Source: an uncultured Gemmatimonadota bacterium (GTDB lineage Bacteria > JAAXHH01). From it: a DNA stretch of 64,000 bases. Of this stretch, positions 17,121 to 26,808 are shown in pieces. The position numbers were made by a program, and so were the translations under genes. The stretch is from the NCBI GenBank assembly GCA_951812955.1, contig OX638340.1:3616001-3680000 (forward strand). The letters are read 5' to 3'. A model generated the notes under the pieces. The model was not told the DNA's origin. It worked only from the letters and a program-made list of their open reading frames with translations, and did no database searches. Every line of letters begins with the position of its first letter. Position 1 is the first letter of the stretch.

Positions 17121-17936
17121 TCAGCGTCCGGCCAGGTCGTCTCCGAGGTCGGTTGCGTCCACTTTGCCTTTCTCCAGGCTCACGCCGACGACGAAGAGCT
17201 CGAGGTCATCGTCCGTATGGTTGTAGATTCCGTGAGCACTGCCCAGGTTATTCAGAATGGCGTCCCCGCGGACGACCTCCTCGGTCTCGCCGTCCACCGT
17301 GATCCGGCCCCGGCCGTTCATGATCATGTAGGCTTCGTCCACGATCTCGTGCCGGTGGTAGCCCACGGAAGTACCCGGCGGCAGTAGGATATGGCAGAGG
17401 TATTCGAAATTTGTCGTGAAATCCCGACTTCCCCATACCTCCCGGAAAAGCACTTCGCCCTTTCCACCGTGATGCCGCCGGGGCTTCAGTAAGGCGCGGT
17501 TGAACCGTCCCACGGGCAATCGATCAGCGGACTCCAGCTTGACCTCTATGCGCGGGTCGTCGAAATCCTCGCACATCGGGGTGCGGGTGGGGTCCACACA
17601 GTGGAAGTTGAAGAACCAGGTATCCTGGTCCGAGTGGTTGTAGATGCCGTGGGATTCACCCGAGCGGAGGGGCACCGCCGCGCCGCCGTCGACTTCGGTC
17701 GTGCGGCCGTTGTGGGTGAACTGCATGGCGTTGTCGATGGTGACGAAGATCTCTTCCGAGTGGATGTGCGTGTGTTGCCCGATGCCGCTGCCGGGCGGGA
17801 AGATGACAGAGTGGATGAACGACCAGGGAGACTTGAACGCCGTCGCATCGAACCCCGGGTTGAAATAGCTCGCCGCGGCGCCGCCGTGGCTGACGCCCAA
17901 TCTCATCTCTTCGCGCCTTGTATGGGTTATCCGCAT
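17121..17936 (-). CDS. Bicupin protein
   Basis: 271 aa with two cupin_2-like halves (…IGQHTHIHSEEIFVTIDN… and …VGYHRHEIVDEAYMIMNGRG…). Confidence 0.7.
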   Translation of the reverse strand: MRITHTRREEMRLGVSHGGAAASYFNPGFDATAFKSPWSFIHSVIFPPGSGIGQHTHIHSEEIFVTIDNAMQFTHNGRTTEVDGGAAVPLRSGESHGIYNHSDQDTWFFNFHCVDPTRTPMCEDFDDPRIEVKLESADRLPVGRFNRALLKPRRHHGGKGEVLFREVWGSRDFTTNFEYLCHILLPPGTSVGYHRHEIVDEAYMIMNGRGRITVDGETEEVVRGDAILNNLGSAHGIYNHTDDDLELFVVGVSLEKGKVDATDLGDDLAGR

Positions 17937-17993
17937 GCGGACCGCTCCGGACTCCCCGACGATGGCATCATCCGGGGTGTATCTGTACCAAAG

Positions 17994-18794
17994 CTAAAGG
18001 GCGACTTCCTCGACAGGCTGCGTGCCGGTCTCGTAGGCGGGCCGCCACCGGTCGTGGGCCATGGACTCCTCCTCGCTGAGCCCGCACAGCCAGTTCCAGG
18101 TGTGGATGCGGCGTCTCAGGTCCCGGTAGGATTCCACTCCACTCGTGTATGGCGCGGCCGGCCGGTCGCGGTACACGGGGATTTCTTCCGAATCGATGAG
18201 CCAGTCGCGCTGCGGCGGTGCATTGCGGAAGTAGGAGAATTTGATCATGCTGCGGGGCTTGTGATTGAGCTTCGGGCCCGCCCGGTGCCAGATGCCGTAC
18301 CGGGTGATGGCCACGGTGCCGGCCTTCACTACGAGCGAAAGCTGGCCCGTGAGATCGCCGTAGTGGGCGAGGGCGTCGCGGTTGACCGCCCGGCAGTGGG
18401 AACCGGGCAGGATCATGGTCGGCCCGTCTTCGATCCCCACGTCCTGCGGATAATAGTAGCACTGGAGTTCGTTGATCTCGTAACCCTGGCCGGAAATGCC
18501 GTCCGAATGCCAGTCCTGACCCGCGACGGGCTCGTTTATGAGGTGGTGATGGCCGCCCGTCGGCATCAGGAAGTTGGCACCGAGCAGCGAACGTATCACG
18601 CCTGCCAGCCGCGGATGGAGCAGGACTTCGCGGACGAAATCCGGTGAACCGACCAGTTCCTTCGCGCGGCCGACCTTGACGTTGCGGCACTGCGCGTTGA
18701 AACCGGGATCCACCATTTCTTCAAGCACCGCGTAACCCTTCGCCACGAAATCCATCACGTCGTCGTCGGTCATTGTCGGTCTGATCTCCGCCAT
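17994..18794 (-). CDS. PhyH-family dioxygenase (paralog 3)
   Basis: 266 aa; …QDWHSDGISG… HxD motif. Confidence 0.8.
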   Translation of the reverse strand: MAEIRPTMTDDDVMDFVAKGYAVLEEMVDPGFNAQCRNVKVGRAKELVGSPDFVREVLLHPRLAGVIRSLLGANFLMPTGGHHHLINEPVAGQDWHSDGISGQGYEINELQCYYYPQDVGIEDGPTMILPGSHCRAVNRDALAHYGDLTGQLSLVVKAGTVAITRYGIWHRAGPKLNHKPRSMIKFSYFRNAPPQRDWLIDSEEIPVYRDRPAAPYTSGVESYRDLRRRIHTWNWLCGLSEEESMAHDRWRPAYETGTQPVEEVAL

Positions 18795-18806
18795 CGCAGC
18801 GCCTCC

Positions 18807-19169
18807 TCAGTTCCACTTCTCGAGTATGAAATCGAAACCCACGTAGTCGTTTTCCAGGTCCTTGTACTCGTACAGCTTGGGGATGGGGTACTGCACCACG
18901 CGCCACCCGTCGGCAACGGCCTCCAGCACGGAGTCGTACGGCGGCTCGTCGCCCGGCAGTCTCAGCACGGGCTTCTCGCCGGGAACGAATACCACCCAGC
19001 CCACGATCCCGGACCGCATATTGGTCGACCGTGCGGTCAGGTACATGATCTTCGGCCGGGGCGGGTTTTCCAAGAACGATTCCAGCTTGTCCAGGTCCCG
19101 TTCTTCCAGTGCGCCGTTTTCGAGTTTCCCGCGGCTTTCAGCGATCCACTGCCTGATTTCCGATTGCAT
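18807..19169 (-). CDS. Hypothetical protein, first gene of the minus-strand PhyH/bicupin/enolase cluster
   Basis: ~120 aa from the internal start MQSEIRQW…; no recognisable domain. Confidence 0.4.
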   Translation of the reverse strand: MQSEIRQWIAESRGKLENGALEERDLDKLESFLENPPRPKIMYLTARSTNMRSGIVGWVVFVPGEKPVLRLPGDEPPYDSVLEAVADGWRVVQYPIPKLYEYKDLENDYVGFDFILEKWN

Positions 19170-19533
19170 TTCGTGATGTCCCTTTGCCGAGTCTGACGTC
19201 GCGGACAATACAGATGCTAAAGGTGTAATGTACAAGGCGTTCTGATTATCGATGTCAGGAGTACGAATGCTCCTGCAATGGTACAGAGGCTACCGGTACC
19301 GTGTCAAGCAGGAATGAACCGTCTTTTTTGAAGGTGGTTTCGGCATGGAAGCCGCTGGTCTTGACAGCGTCCGGCACGCCGCTTAAGTTGCCTTCTGACG
19401 GTCATCGAAATGCGATCATCCAGGTCATTCAGTTCATTCCGACCAGCTGAACAGCGTGCGCAATTCGGGCAGAAACTTCCGGTCCGTCGATTTCCCGTTA
19501 CCAATTTCGATTCTCAGTTTAAAGGTATTCTAT

Positions 19534-20283
19534 ATGTCCCACGCGCAACCCCTGAATGCCCAGCAGATCGCCTACTTCAAGCTAAACGGCTACCTGGTCC
19601 TGAAGAACGTTTTCGACGAGGGAACCCTGGAGGCATGGCGGCGGCAGATCTGGCGGGCGCTCGATGGCTGCCTCGAAGATCCCGCGACCTGGCCCAGGGA
19701 AACGAGCGGTCTAGACGGGTACGATTACGATCCGCCCGAATCGGCCCTTGTGCACCATCCACAGATGATGGCGATCATCGACCAGCTCAGCGGGGGAACT
19801 TTCGTCGCTGGCGACGGCATTCCGATCATTCGGTGGCCCGATCCAGGAAAGTCCTGGGAAATGCCCCAAACGGGACATATCGATGCCTACGGGGGACGCT
19901 GGCTGCCCTTCATGATCGGCGCGACGACCTACCTGTACGACGTGGAACCCGGCGGCGGAGCCTTGATCTACTGGCCGGGAAGCCACCACGCCGCTCACCG
20001 GTACTTTCTCGAGCATCCCTCGCATGTCGACGGCAGCTTCCTGGAGATCGAGGGGTTTTCGTGGGACGTGTTCTGCGACAACCCGGCCACCGGCGGCCAG
20101 GAGTTTACCGCGAAGGCCGGCGACGTGGTGCTCTGGCATGCCTACCTGACCCACAACGGATCGGAAAATACCAGTCATTCGCCGCGCTTCGCCCTCTTCG
20201 CACGCTGGAACCATGAGAAACACCTGGAGCAGTCCTTCAGATACGAGATCCCCGAGGATCTGTGGAAGTATTGGGCGGTGTGA
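19534..20283 (+). CDS. PhyH-family dioxygenase (paralog 4)
   Basis: Start at MSHAQPLNAQQIAYFKLNGYLVLKNVF… (typical PhyH N-terminus); TGHIDAY HxD motif. Confidence 0.8.
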   Translation: MSHAQPLNAQQIAYFKLNGYLVLKNVFDEGTLEAWRRQIWRALDGCLEDPATWPRETSGLDGYDYDPPESALVHHPQMMAIIDQLSGGTFVAGDGIPIIRWPDPGKSWEMPQTGHIDAYGGRWLPFMIGATTYLYDVEPGGGALIYWPGSHHAAHRYFLEHPSHVDGSFLEIEGFSWDVFCDNPATGGQEFTAKAGDVVLWHAYLTHNGSENTSHSPRFALFARWNHEKHLEQSFRYEIPEDLWKYWAV

Positions 20284-20452
20284 GAGAGAACGCCTAAACT
20301 GCGGTTGTTTGATAGAAAACCGTCGTCTCGTGTAATGAGGCATACCTTAGAGCTGAAGATCCGTACAGAGATTCCCGGTTCAAGCCGGTTCGCTGTCTCG
20401 CCGTCGACAATATGATTTCGAGAACAGTCGCTGTTCCCCGACTATACTGTCA

Positions 20453-20863
20453 ATGAGCTCAGTACCGGAACCGGATCAAGAGGAAGATCTTATGGGGAAA
20501 ATCATGAATGATTCCGCGAGCGTATCCGTTTTCGAGGTCGTTGGCAACGCTCTTTGCGTTGCTTCCGACGACGGCCAGAGAGTACACGACCGACTTTCGA
20601 CTGCATTGAAGGATAGCCGCCATGTGAATCTTTCTTTTCGCAACGTGACATCGCTTACTTCGGCTTTTCTGAACACCGCGGTCGGCCAATTGTATGGAAC
20701 CTTCAGCGAAGATCATATACGTACGCAGTTGAACATCGAAGAAATGTCCCTGGATGATCTGGTGTTACTCGAGCGTGTGGTCGACACAGCGAAGCAATAC
20801 TTCAAAGACCCTCAAAGATTCGAACAAGCGCTTCGTGAGGAAATGGATGACTATGACGACTGA
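20453..20863 (+). CDS. STAS-like small protein (DUF4325-like), in a low-GC patch
   Basis: 136 aa. …HVNLSFRNVTSLTSAFLNTAVGQLYGTF… resembles the DUF4325/STAS-like consensus. Lower GC than flanks. The 3' end overlaps the next gene's start. Confidence 0.5.
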   Translation: MSSVPEPDQEEDLMGKIMNDSASVSVFEVVGNALCVASDDGQRVHDRLSTALKDSRHVNLSFRNVTSLTSAFLNTAVGQLYGTFSEDHIRTQLNIEEMSLDDLVLLERVVDTAKQYFKDPQRFEQALREEMDDYDD

Positions 20864-21395
20864 TTCCAAGGCGCTCGCGGTGAATGAACACGAATTCAGT
20901 CGTAGAGATAGGTTGTTTCTTGATACTAATATCTGGTTGTATCTATTCGGTCCGCATAAACCCAAGGCAAGAGCGATCGACACGTATTCAAGTGTGCTTA
21001 AGCGGATTCTGGATGCGGGTAGCAGAATCTATATCGACGTTCTGATCGTTTCAGAGTTCATCAACGCATGCGCCAGGTTGAATTGGCATCTTGCAACAAA
21101 CAGGAAAATTGGTTTCAAAGCATTTCGAAATTCGTCATCTTTCAAATCAGTCGCCAGGTCGGTGTCAAGCGACGCCGCGCGGGTTATGTCCCACTGCTTG
21201 CGTGTGGAAAGTGGATTCTCGGACATGGCCGCGACCGAATTGCTCAATGAATTTGTCACCGGAAAATGCGACTTCAACGATCAAGTTATCATAAGACTCT
21301 GTAAAAAAGAAGAACTAACCCTGATTACACACGACGCCGATTTCAAAGGCGCGGGGATTCCGATTTTGACAGCGAACCATCGTCTTCTGAACTAA
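20847..21395 (+). CDS. PIN-domain protein (VapC-like ribonuclease fold)
   Basis: LFLDTNIWLYLF (Asp-1 motif), YIDVLIVSEFINACAR (Glu motif), LTLITHDADFKG (C-terminal Asp motif). Start MTMTTDSK overlaps the preceding stop. Confidence 0.65.
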   Translation: MTMTTDSKALAVNEHEFSRRDRLFLDTNIWLYLFGPHKPKARAIDTYSSVLKRILDAGSRIYIDVLIVSEFINACARLNWHLATNRKIGFKAFRNSSSFKSVARSVSSDAARVMSHCLRVESGFSDMAATELLNEFVTGKCDFNDQVIIRLCKKEELTLITHDADFKGAGIPILTANHRLLN

Positions 21396-21399
21396 TCCC

Positions 21400-22227
21400 A
21401 TGCCCGCCTACCCCCGCTACCTCACCAAAGCTCAATTGGAGCAGTTCTGGTCCGACGGCTACCTGGTTTTGAAAGGCACGCTGGATCAAGAAGTGGTAGA
21501 AAAAGCCCGCGAATTCCTGCTGGACCTGATCCCGCGGGACCTGGTCATCCCGGACCACTACCACGCGAACCACGGCCGGTTCAAGCCCCACCACCCCGAC
21601 GGGAATGGCAGCTTTTTTGAACCTGCGATGCTGCCCCTGATGCAGAACGAAGCACTTTACGGCGCTGCCGTGGATATACTGGAGACAGAATACATCCGGG
21701 TGTGGGACGGTTCGGCGGGGATAACGCTAAGAAACCGCGCCATGGAAGGACGGCTCCAGAACCTCCACCTCGACGCTGTACCGGGAGGGCCCGAAGACCT
21801 GAATGAGGGGTTCCTTCGCACGGGAATAGGTATCGGCGGATGTTATTACCTGAACAAGGTTGAAGGTGAGGGCGGCGGCATCCACGTGGTTCCCGGCGGG
21901 CCGAACCGGGTGAGGGATATCATGCTTAACGAACCGGACGGTCTGACGCGCAACAACGGCTGGGGTCATATCACCGATTTTTCGTCGTCCATGGAGGTAA
22001 CCGGTGATGCCGGCGATTTCGTGCTGATGCATCACCTGATGCCCCACTCGGCCAGCGCCAATCACAACGCCGCGCCACGGATCGCCCAGTTCACCCGTCT
22101 GCAGGCCCTGACGGACGATGACGCCCGCCTCGCTCCGGGTCCCGACCGACCCCTGGACCCCGCAGCGCTTGGCGCCCTGACACCCCTGGGACGCAAACTG
22201 TTCCGCCTGGCCCCGTGGATCGGGTAA
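21400..22227 (+). CDS. PhyH-family dioxygenase (paralog 5)
   Basis: 275 aa; YLTKAQLEQFWSDGYLVLKG… N-terminus; LHLDAV motif. Confidence 0.8.
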   Translation: MPAYPRYLTKAQLEQFWSDGYLVLKGTLDQEVVEKAREFLLDLIPRDLVIPDHYHANHGRFKPHHPDGNGSFFEPAMLPLMQNEALYGAAVDILETEYIRVWDGSAGITLRNRAMEGRLQNLHLDAVPGGPEDLNEGFLRTGIGIGGCYYLNKVEGEGGGIHVVPGGPNRVRDIMLNEPDGLTRNNGWGHITDFSSSMEVTGDAGDFVLMHHLMPHSASANHNAAPRIAQFTRLQALTDDDARLAPGPDRPLDPAALGALTPLGRKLFRLAPWIG

Positions 22228-22242
22228 TTTGTAGTTCCGCAA

Positions 22243-24216
22243 TTGGAACGGACGTACTCCATGTCCTCTGAACCTCCCCGGTCCCGTGGCCCTTCGGCCA
22301 TATCCCTGCGGGCCGGGATCATCGGGCTCGCGCTCTCCGCCGTGGTGGCTTTCTGGGGCCAGTTCGCCGCCGATCACGCCGGTTACAACTATACCACCTA
22401 CGCCCATATCCCCTCGGCGCTGCTGATCCCCTTCCTGATCCTGATCCTGGGTCCCCACGTCCTGCTCAAGAGGCTGGCGCCCGGGTACGCCCTGACGACT
22501 TCCGAGCTGATCGTGATTTTCGTCATGGGCCTGATCGGTTCGATGGTGCCCGACTGGGGCATGACGAGATACCTGGTCTCCCTCATCACGGGGCCCTTCT
22601 ACCATGCGAGTCCCGAGAACCGCTGGGCGGAGACTTTTTTCGAGACCTTGCCCGGGTGGCTCGTGATCAGCGGCAAGACGGACGCGGTACGGGTTTTCTA
22701 CGAAGGCGCCGCGCCGGGTTACCGGATCCCGTGGATGGCCTGGATCTCGCCCCTGCTGTGGTGGATGTCGTGTTTCGCCGCCCTGATGTGGACGGGCGCA
22801 TGCATCGTGGTCATCCTGCGAAAGCAATGGGTCAGCCACGAAAGGCTGCGCTTTCCCCTGGGGGAGGTATCGCTCAACCTGATGGGCGTGGCGAAGGACC
22901 CGAACGAGCCGCCCATGGTCCGCACGACTGCCTTTCGTATCGGCGCCGGCCTGTCGCTGGCCGTCGTGTGCTGGAACATCGCCTCCTACTGGGACATCGT
23001 TACCCCTATCCCCATCATGGGGCCGGACCTGCTGTATCTGAAGGTCCATCCGTCGATACCGGATCTTCCCATCCGGCTGAATGTCTTCGTACTGTGTTTC
23101 GCTTTCTTCATAAACGCCGAGATCCTGTTCAGCCTGTGTTTCTTCCTGCTCTTCACCACGCTGCAGCGGGGGCTGATGAACATGCTCGGGATCACGGCGG
23201 CCACGACCATGTCTCCTACCGGGCTCGTGGGCACCCAGTCCATCGGTGCCCTGATCGCCCTGGTGGTGTGGGGATTGTGGATGGCCCGTCGTCACCTGGC
23301 CGGTGTGGCCCGGCGGGCGTTTCGAAAGGATCCGTCGATCGATGACAGCAGTGAGTTCTTCTCGTACCGGGTGGCGGTTTTCGGATTGATCTTCGGCATG
23401 CTCTACCTGCTGGCATGGCTTTACAGCATCGGCATGTCGCTGCCCGTCAGCCTTGTCCTCCTGGCCGTACTCTTCATCGTCTACATCGGAATGGCCCGGA
23501 TCGTTGCGGAGGCGGGTCTGGTCGCCATGGACCTGCCGGTAACAGCCAACAACTTCACCGGGGGCATTATCGGCGCCGACAACCTGGACCCGTCCTCGAT
23601 CACCGCTATGGGCATGACGAACGCCTTCGCCCGGAACTGGCGGACCTTTACGATGATCGGGCTGTCTCACGCCGCCTACCTGCAGCGCTGGATGGGGCCG
23701 TCCACCCGGCACCTCTTCCTCTGGATCTGCCTGGCCTTCGCCGTCAGTGTCGTAACTTCCCTCTACTACTACATCAGCGCGGGTTATGCAGTCGGCGCCG
23801 ATAATCTGCTGTCCAAGCCCGGCGACCTCGTACCCTTCTTCTACAACACGATCATGACGTGGAACAGCAGCGCAAGCAGTGTCTCGGAACTGGAACTGAT
23901 CTTCTTCGGGAACGGTATCGTCCTGTACATGCTGATGATCCTCGGACGCTTCATGTTTCTCTGGTGGCCGCTGCATCCCATCGGCCTGGTCGCCGTGGCC
24001 GCGGACACCGTGCGGTTCATGTTCCTACCCTTCCTGCTGGCCTGGCTCGTCCAGGTAATCCTGCTGCGCCTGGGTGGAGGAGCCCTTTACCGCAGAGCGC
24101 AGCCCCTGTTTCTCGGCATCCTGGTTGGATATGTCCTTGGGATGGCCCTCTCATTCCTGGTGGACAGCCTGTGGTTTCCGGCCGCACCGCACCAGTTCGA
24201 ATCCTTTATCAACTGA
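22243..24216 (+). CDS. Large polytopic membrane protein of unknown function (paralog A of 28259..30250)
   Basis: 657 aa with >12 hydrophobic segments. Shares ITGPFYHASPENRWAETFF… and RKQWVSHERLRFPL blocks with the 28259 gene. Confidence 0.7.
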   Translation: MERTYSMSSEPPRSRGPSAISLRAGIIGLALSAVVAFWGQFAADHAGYNYTTYAHIPSALLIPFLILILGPHVLLKRLAPGYALTTSELIVIFVMGLIGSMVPDWGMTRYLVSLITGPFYHASPENRWAETFFETLPGWLVISGKTDAVRVFYEGAAPGYRIPWMAWISPLLWWMSCFAALMWTGACIVVILRKQWVSHERLRFPLGEVSLNLMGVAKDPNEPPMVRTTAFRIGAGLSLAVVCWNIASYWDIVTPIPIMGPDLLYLKVHPSIPDLPIRLNVFVLCFAFFINAEILFSLCFFLLFTTLQRGLMNMLGITAATTMSPTGLVGTQSIGALIALVVWGLWMARRHLAGVARRAFRKDPSIDDSSEFFSYRVAVFGLIFGMLYLLAWLYSIGMSLPVSLVLLAVLFIVYIGMARIVAEAGLVAMDLPVTANNFTGGIIGADNLDPSSITAMGMTNAFARNWRTFTMIGLSHAAYLQRWMGPSTRHLFLWICLAFAVSVVTSLYYYISAGYAVGADNLLSKPGDLVPFFYNTIMTWNSSASSVSELELIFFGNGIVLYMLMILGRFMFLWWPLHPIGLVAVAADTVRFMFLPFLLAWLVQVILLRLGGGALYRRAQPLFLGILVGYVLGMALSFLVDSLWFPAAPHQFESFIN

Positions 24217-24368
24217 GTACTACCCTCATAAACTCACCAGAACACAGGATCGCGGAACCGTAAATGAAGCCCTGATATCGAAACCGTAAAAGAACGTCTG
24301 ACGAAAGTTCGCAATCATCCGAAACGGAAGCGAGACGCAATCATCCGAAACGGAAGCGAGACGCAACC

Positions 24369-25733
24369 ATGGCCACGAAATCCGGACGCCCCAATCTCCT
24401 GTTTATCATGGACGACCAGCACCGGCACGACTACCTGTCCGCGGCGGGAGCGACCTTCGTGCGCACGCCGAACCTGGACTGTTTGGCGGAACGCGGGGTC
24501 CGATTCAGCCAGTGCATAACCAACGCCCCGGTCTGCGCGCCCGCGCGCATCGGCCTGGCCAGCGGCTACCAGCCCGCGCGGCTGGGGTGCCTGGACAACA
24601 ACTGCTACCTGCCCCGCCATATCACGCCCTATTACGTCCGGCTTCGGGACGCGGGATACCGGGTCGGGTGCGTGGGGAAACTCGACCTGGCCAAGCCGGA
24701 TCCCTACAACGGCCGCCACGGCGACCGAGCCCGGGTGTTCGGTTGGGGTTTCACCCATCCCGTGGAATGCGAAGGCAAGATGCACGCGGGCATGGCGGAC
24801 CAGCCGCGGGGACCTTATGGATTCTGGCTTCAGGAGCAGGGACTCTTCGAACGCTTCCGGACGGATTACGCGGCCCGGGGAGCGCGGGGCTGGATCGAGG
24901 GTGCTTCCCATGATTCTATATTGCCTGAGGACGCTTTCGAGGATGCCTACATTGGCCGCCGCGCCGTGGAATGGATGGACACCGTCCCCGACGATTACCC
25001 GTGGCATCTCTTCGTCAGCTTCGTGGGGCCGCACGATCCCTTCGATCCGCCTACGTCATACGCGGAACGATACCGGGGCGCTGCCGTGCCGCCGGCAATA
25101 CGAAGCAACGAAGAGGGGAAGCCGTCCTGGGTCAACGCCCGTCGGCGCGACCTGTCCGAAGATGAAGTGGCAGTTACGCGCCGGCAGTATTGCGCGGTCA
25201 TCGAACTGATCGACGACCAGGTAGGCCGGATCATCGAAGCCGTAGAACGGCGGGGCATGGCGGAGGATACCATCGTCGTGTTCGCCAGCGACCACGGCGA
25301 AATGCTGGGCGACCATGGCCTGTACACCAAATCCGTTCCCTACGAGGTGGCCCTGCGCGTGCCGCTCATTGCCGCTGGACCAGGCATAGCGGGAGGGCGT
25401 ACTTCCGACGCCCTCGTGGAACTGATCGACGTCAATCCGACCCTGTGCGGTCTGGCGGGTCTGCCCGCCCAGGAAGGGCTCGACGCCAGCGACTTCAGCG
25501 CCGTGCTCACCGGGGATCGTTCGACCCACCGCGAGGAAGCGGCCAGCGCGCTTCGCGAATTCCGGCTCGTACGCACGGCGGATCACAAGCTTGTGGTGCA
25601 CCACACGGGTGAAACGGAGCTATACGACCTGAAAAACGATCCTGAAGAGCTTGAAAACGTGGCGGCCGATCGGCCCGATGCGGTCAACGCGCTGCGAAGG
25701 CGTCTGCAGCGGCGATTTCACTTCCCGCCCTAA
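24369..25733 (+). CDS. Sulfatase (formylglycine-dependent, Cys-type), no signal peptide
   Basis: 454 aa; NLLFIMDDQHR…NAPVCAPARIGLASG (C-x-P-x-R motif), followed by a typical sulfatase core. Confidence 0.85.
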   Translation: MATKSGRPNLLFIMDDQHRHDYLSAAGATFVRTPNLDCLAERGVRFSQCITNAPVCAPARIGLASGYQPARLGCLDNNCYLPRHITPYYVRLRDAGYRVGCVGKLDLAKPDPYNGRHGDRARVFGWGFTHPVECEGKMHAGMADQPRGPYGFWLQEQGLFERFRTDYAARGARGWIEGASHDSILPEDAFEDAYIGRRAVEWMDTVPDDYPWHLFVSFVGPHDPFDPPTSYAERYRGAAVPPAIRSNEEGKPSWVNARRRDLSEDEVAVTRRQYCAVIELIDDQVGRIIEAVERRGMAEDTIVVFASDHGEMLGDHGLYTKSVPYEVALRVPLIAAGPGIAGGRTSDALVELIDVNPTLCGLAGLPAQEGLDASDFSAVLTGDRSTHREEAASALREFRLVRTADHKLVVHHTGETELYDLKNDPEELENVAADRPDAVNALRRRLQRRFHFPP

Positions 25734-25787
25734 CGCCGGCGATTTCACTTCCCGCCGTGACCCTCCGTGACCATGCCGGACATGCCG

Positions 25788-26624
25788 TCAAGACCGGCCG
25801 TAAGGCGCGCCATCGGGCGAGGCATGTTGCGGTGAGACGATCTGGCGTCGTTCGGGCGTAAGACGGTCCAGCAGTTCGGGCGAGGGCTGGTACCCGTGGC
25901 GGAAATTGCCCCAGGAAGGTCCGTACCGGTAGACCACGATACGGCGCGTTCCCGCGTTTCGCCGGGTGGCCGAACCGTGGGAGATGCCATCCACGAACAA
26001 CAGGGCGTCGCCGGCCTCCATAAACAGTTCCGCGGAACCGGTAATGCCCTCCACGGAAGCGCCCTTGGGCTTCATGGCGTGCCGGGCGAATTCTGGGTGG
26101 ATGAAGTTGGATTTGTGACTGCCCGGGATGACCATGGTGGCGCCGTCCCCGGGACCGATGTCGGTCAGGGCCATGAGCACATTGACCTGCCCGCACATGA
26201 ACCGGCCGCCGTGGTAGCGGAAGCCGTTGCGCATGATGGGCGGGTATCCCCCGGAATGCAGCCCGATCGCCTCTCCCGGCTCCCGGAAATTTGCGAAGTT
26301 CTCGTCGATGAACAGCGGGCCGTGTGCGTAGTCGAAGGTACCCTCCCCGCCCACGAAATGCTTGACCCGGTCGAACCACGAAGGATGGTCGATCAGGGCT
26401 TCGAACGGGGCGCCCGCTTCGTAAATCTGCTGGAGGTTCAGGCCGTCCACGGTGCCGTAGGTATGGGCGTTGACGAATCCGTGCCATTCGCCCGGCGACA
26501 GGGCCGGGAATTCGTCCAGGGAGGCGTTCAGTTCCGCCACTTCCGCCCTCGACAGGGCCTGCTTCAGATGGAGGAATCCGTTCAGGTCGAAGAGATAGAC
26601 ATCCAGGTCGTCAAGATTGCTCAT
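25788..26624 (-). CDS. PhyH-family dioxygenase (paralog 6)
   Basis: Start at MSNLDDLDVYLFDLNGFLHLKQ (26624); sits between the two sulfatase/membrane-protein pairs. Confidence 0.8.
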   Translation of the reverse strand: MSNLDDLDVYLFDLNGFLHLKQALSRAEVAELNASLDEFPALSPGEWHGFVNAHTYGTVDGLNLQQIYEAGAPFEALIDHPSWFDRVKHFVGGEGTFDYAHGPLFIDENFANFREPGEAIGLHSGGYPPIMRNGFRYHGGRFMCGQVNVLMALTDIGPGDGATMVIPGSHKSNFIHPEFARHAMKPKGASVEGITGSAELFMEAGDALLFVDGISHGSATRRNAGTRRIVVYRYGPSWGNFRHGYQPSPELLDRLTPERRQIVSPQHASPDGAPYGRS

Positions 26625-26808
26625 GGGATTGTACCGTTTCTCCAGGGAAATCCTGTTGATTTGTCCCGCCCGATTCGTTACTCTCTTGATCGGCAATATA
26701 TCTCGCCAACCAGCGATACACAACCCAATTGCACTGGGAACCGCGCGAGACGCCGGCCGGATCCATTCCATCCCGAAATATCCGCGTAGACAGGACGAGG
26801 TAACCTGA

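Noticed and set aside
19410-20216. 268-aa ORF overlapping the PhyH gene 19534-20283 in another frame
   Set aside because: Arg/Pro-rich translation with no motif; the overlapping frame carries a typical PhyH N-terminus and HxD motif.
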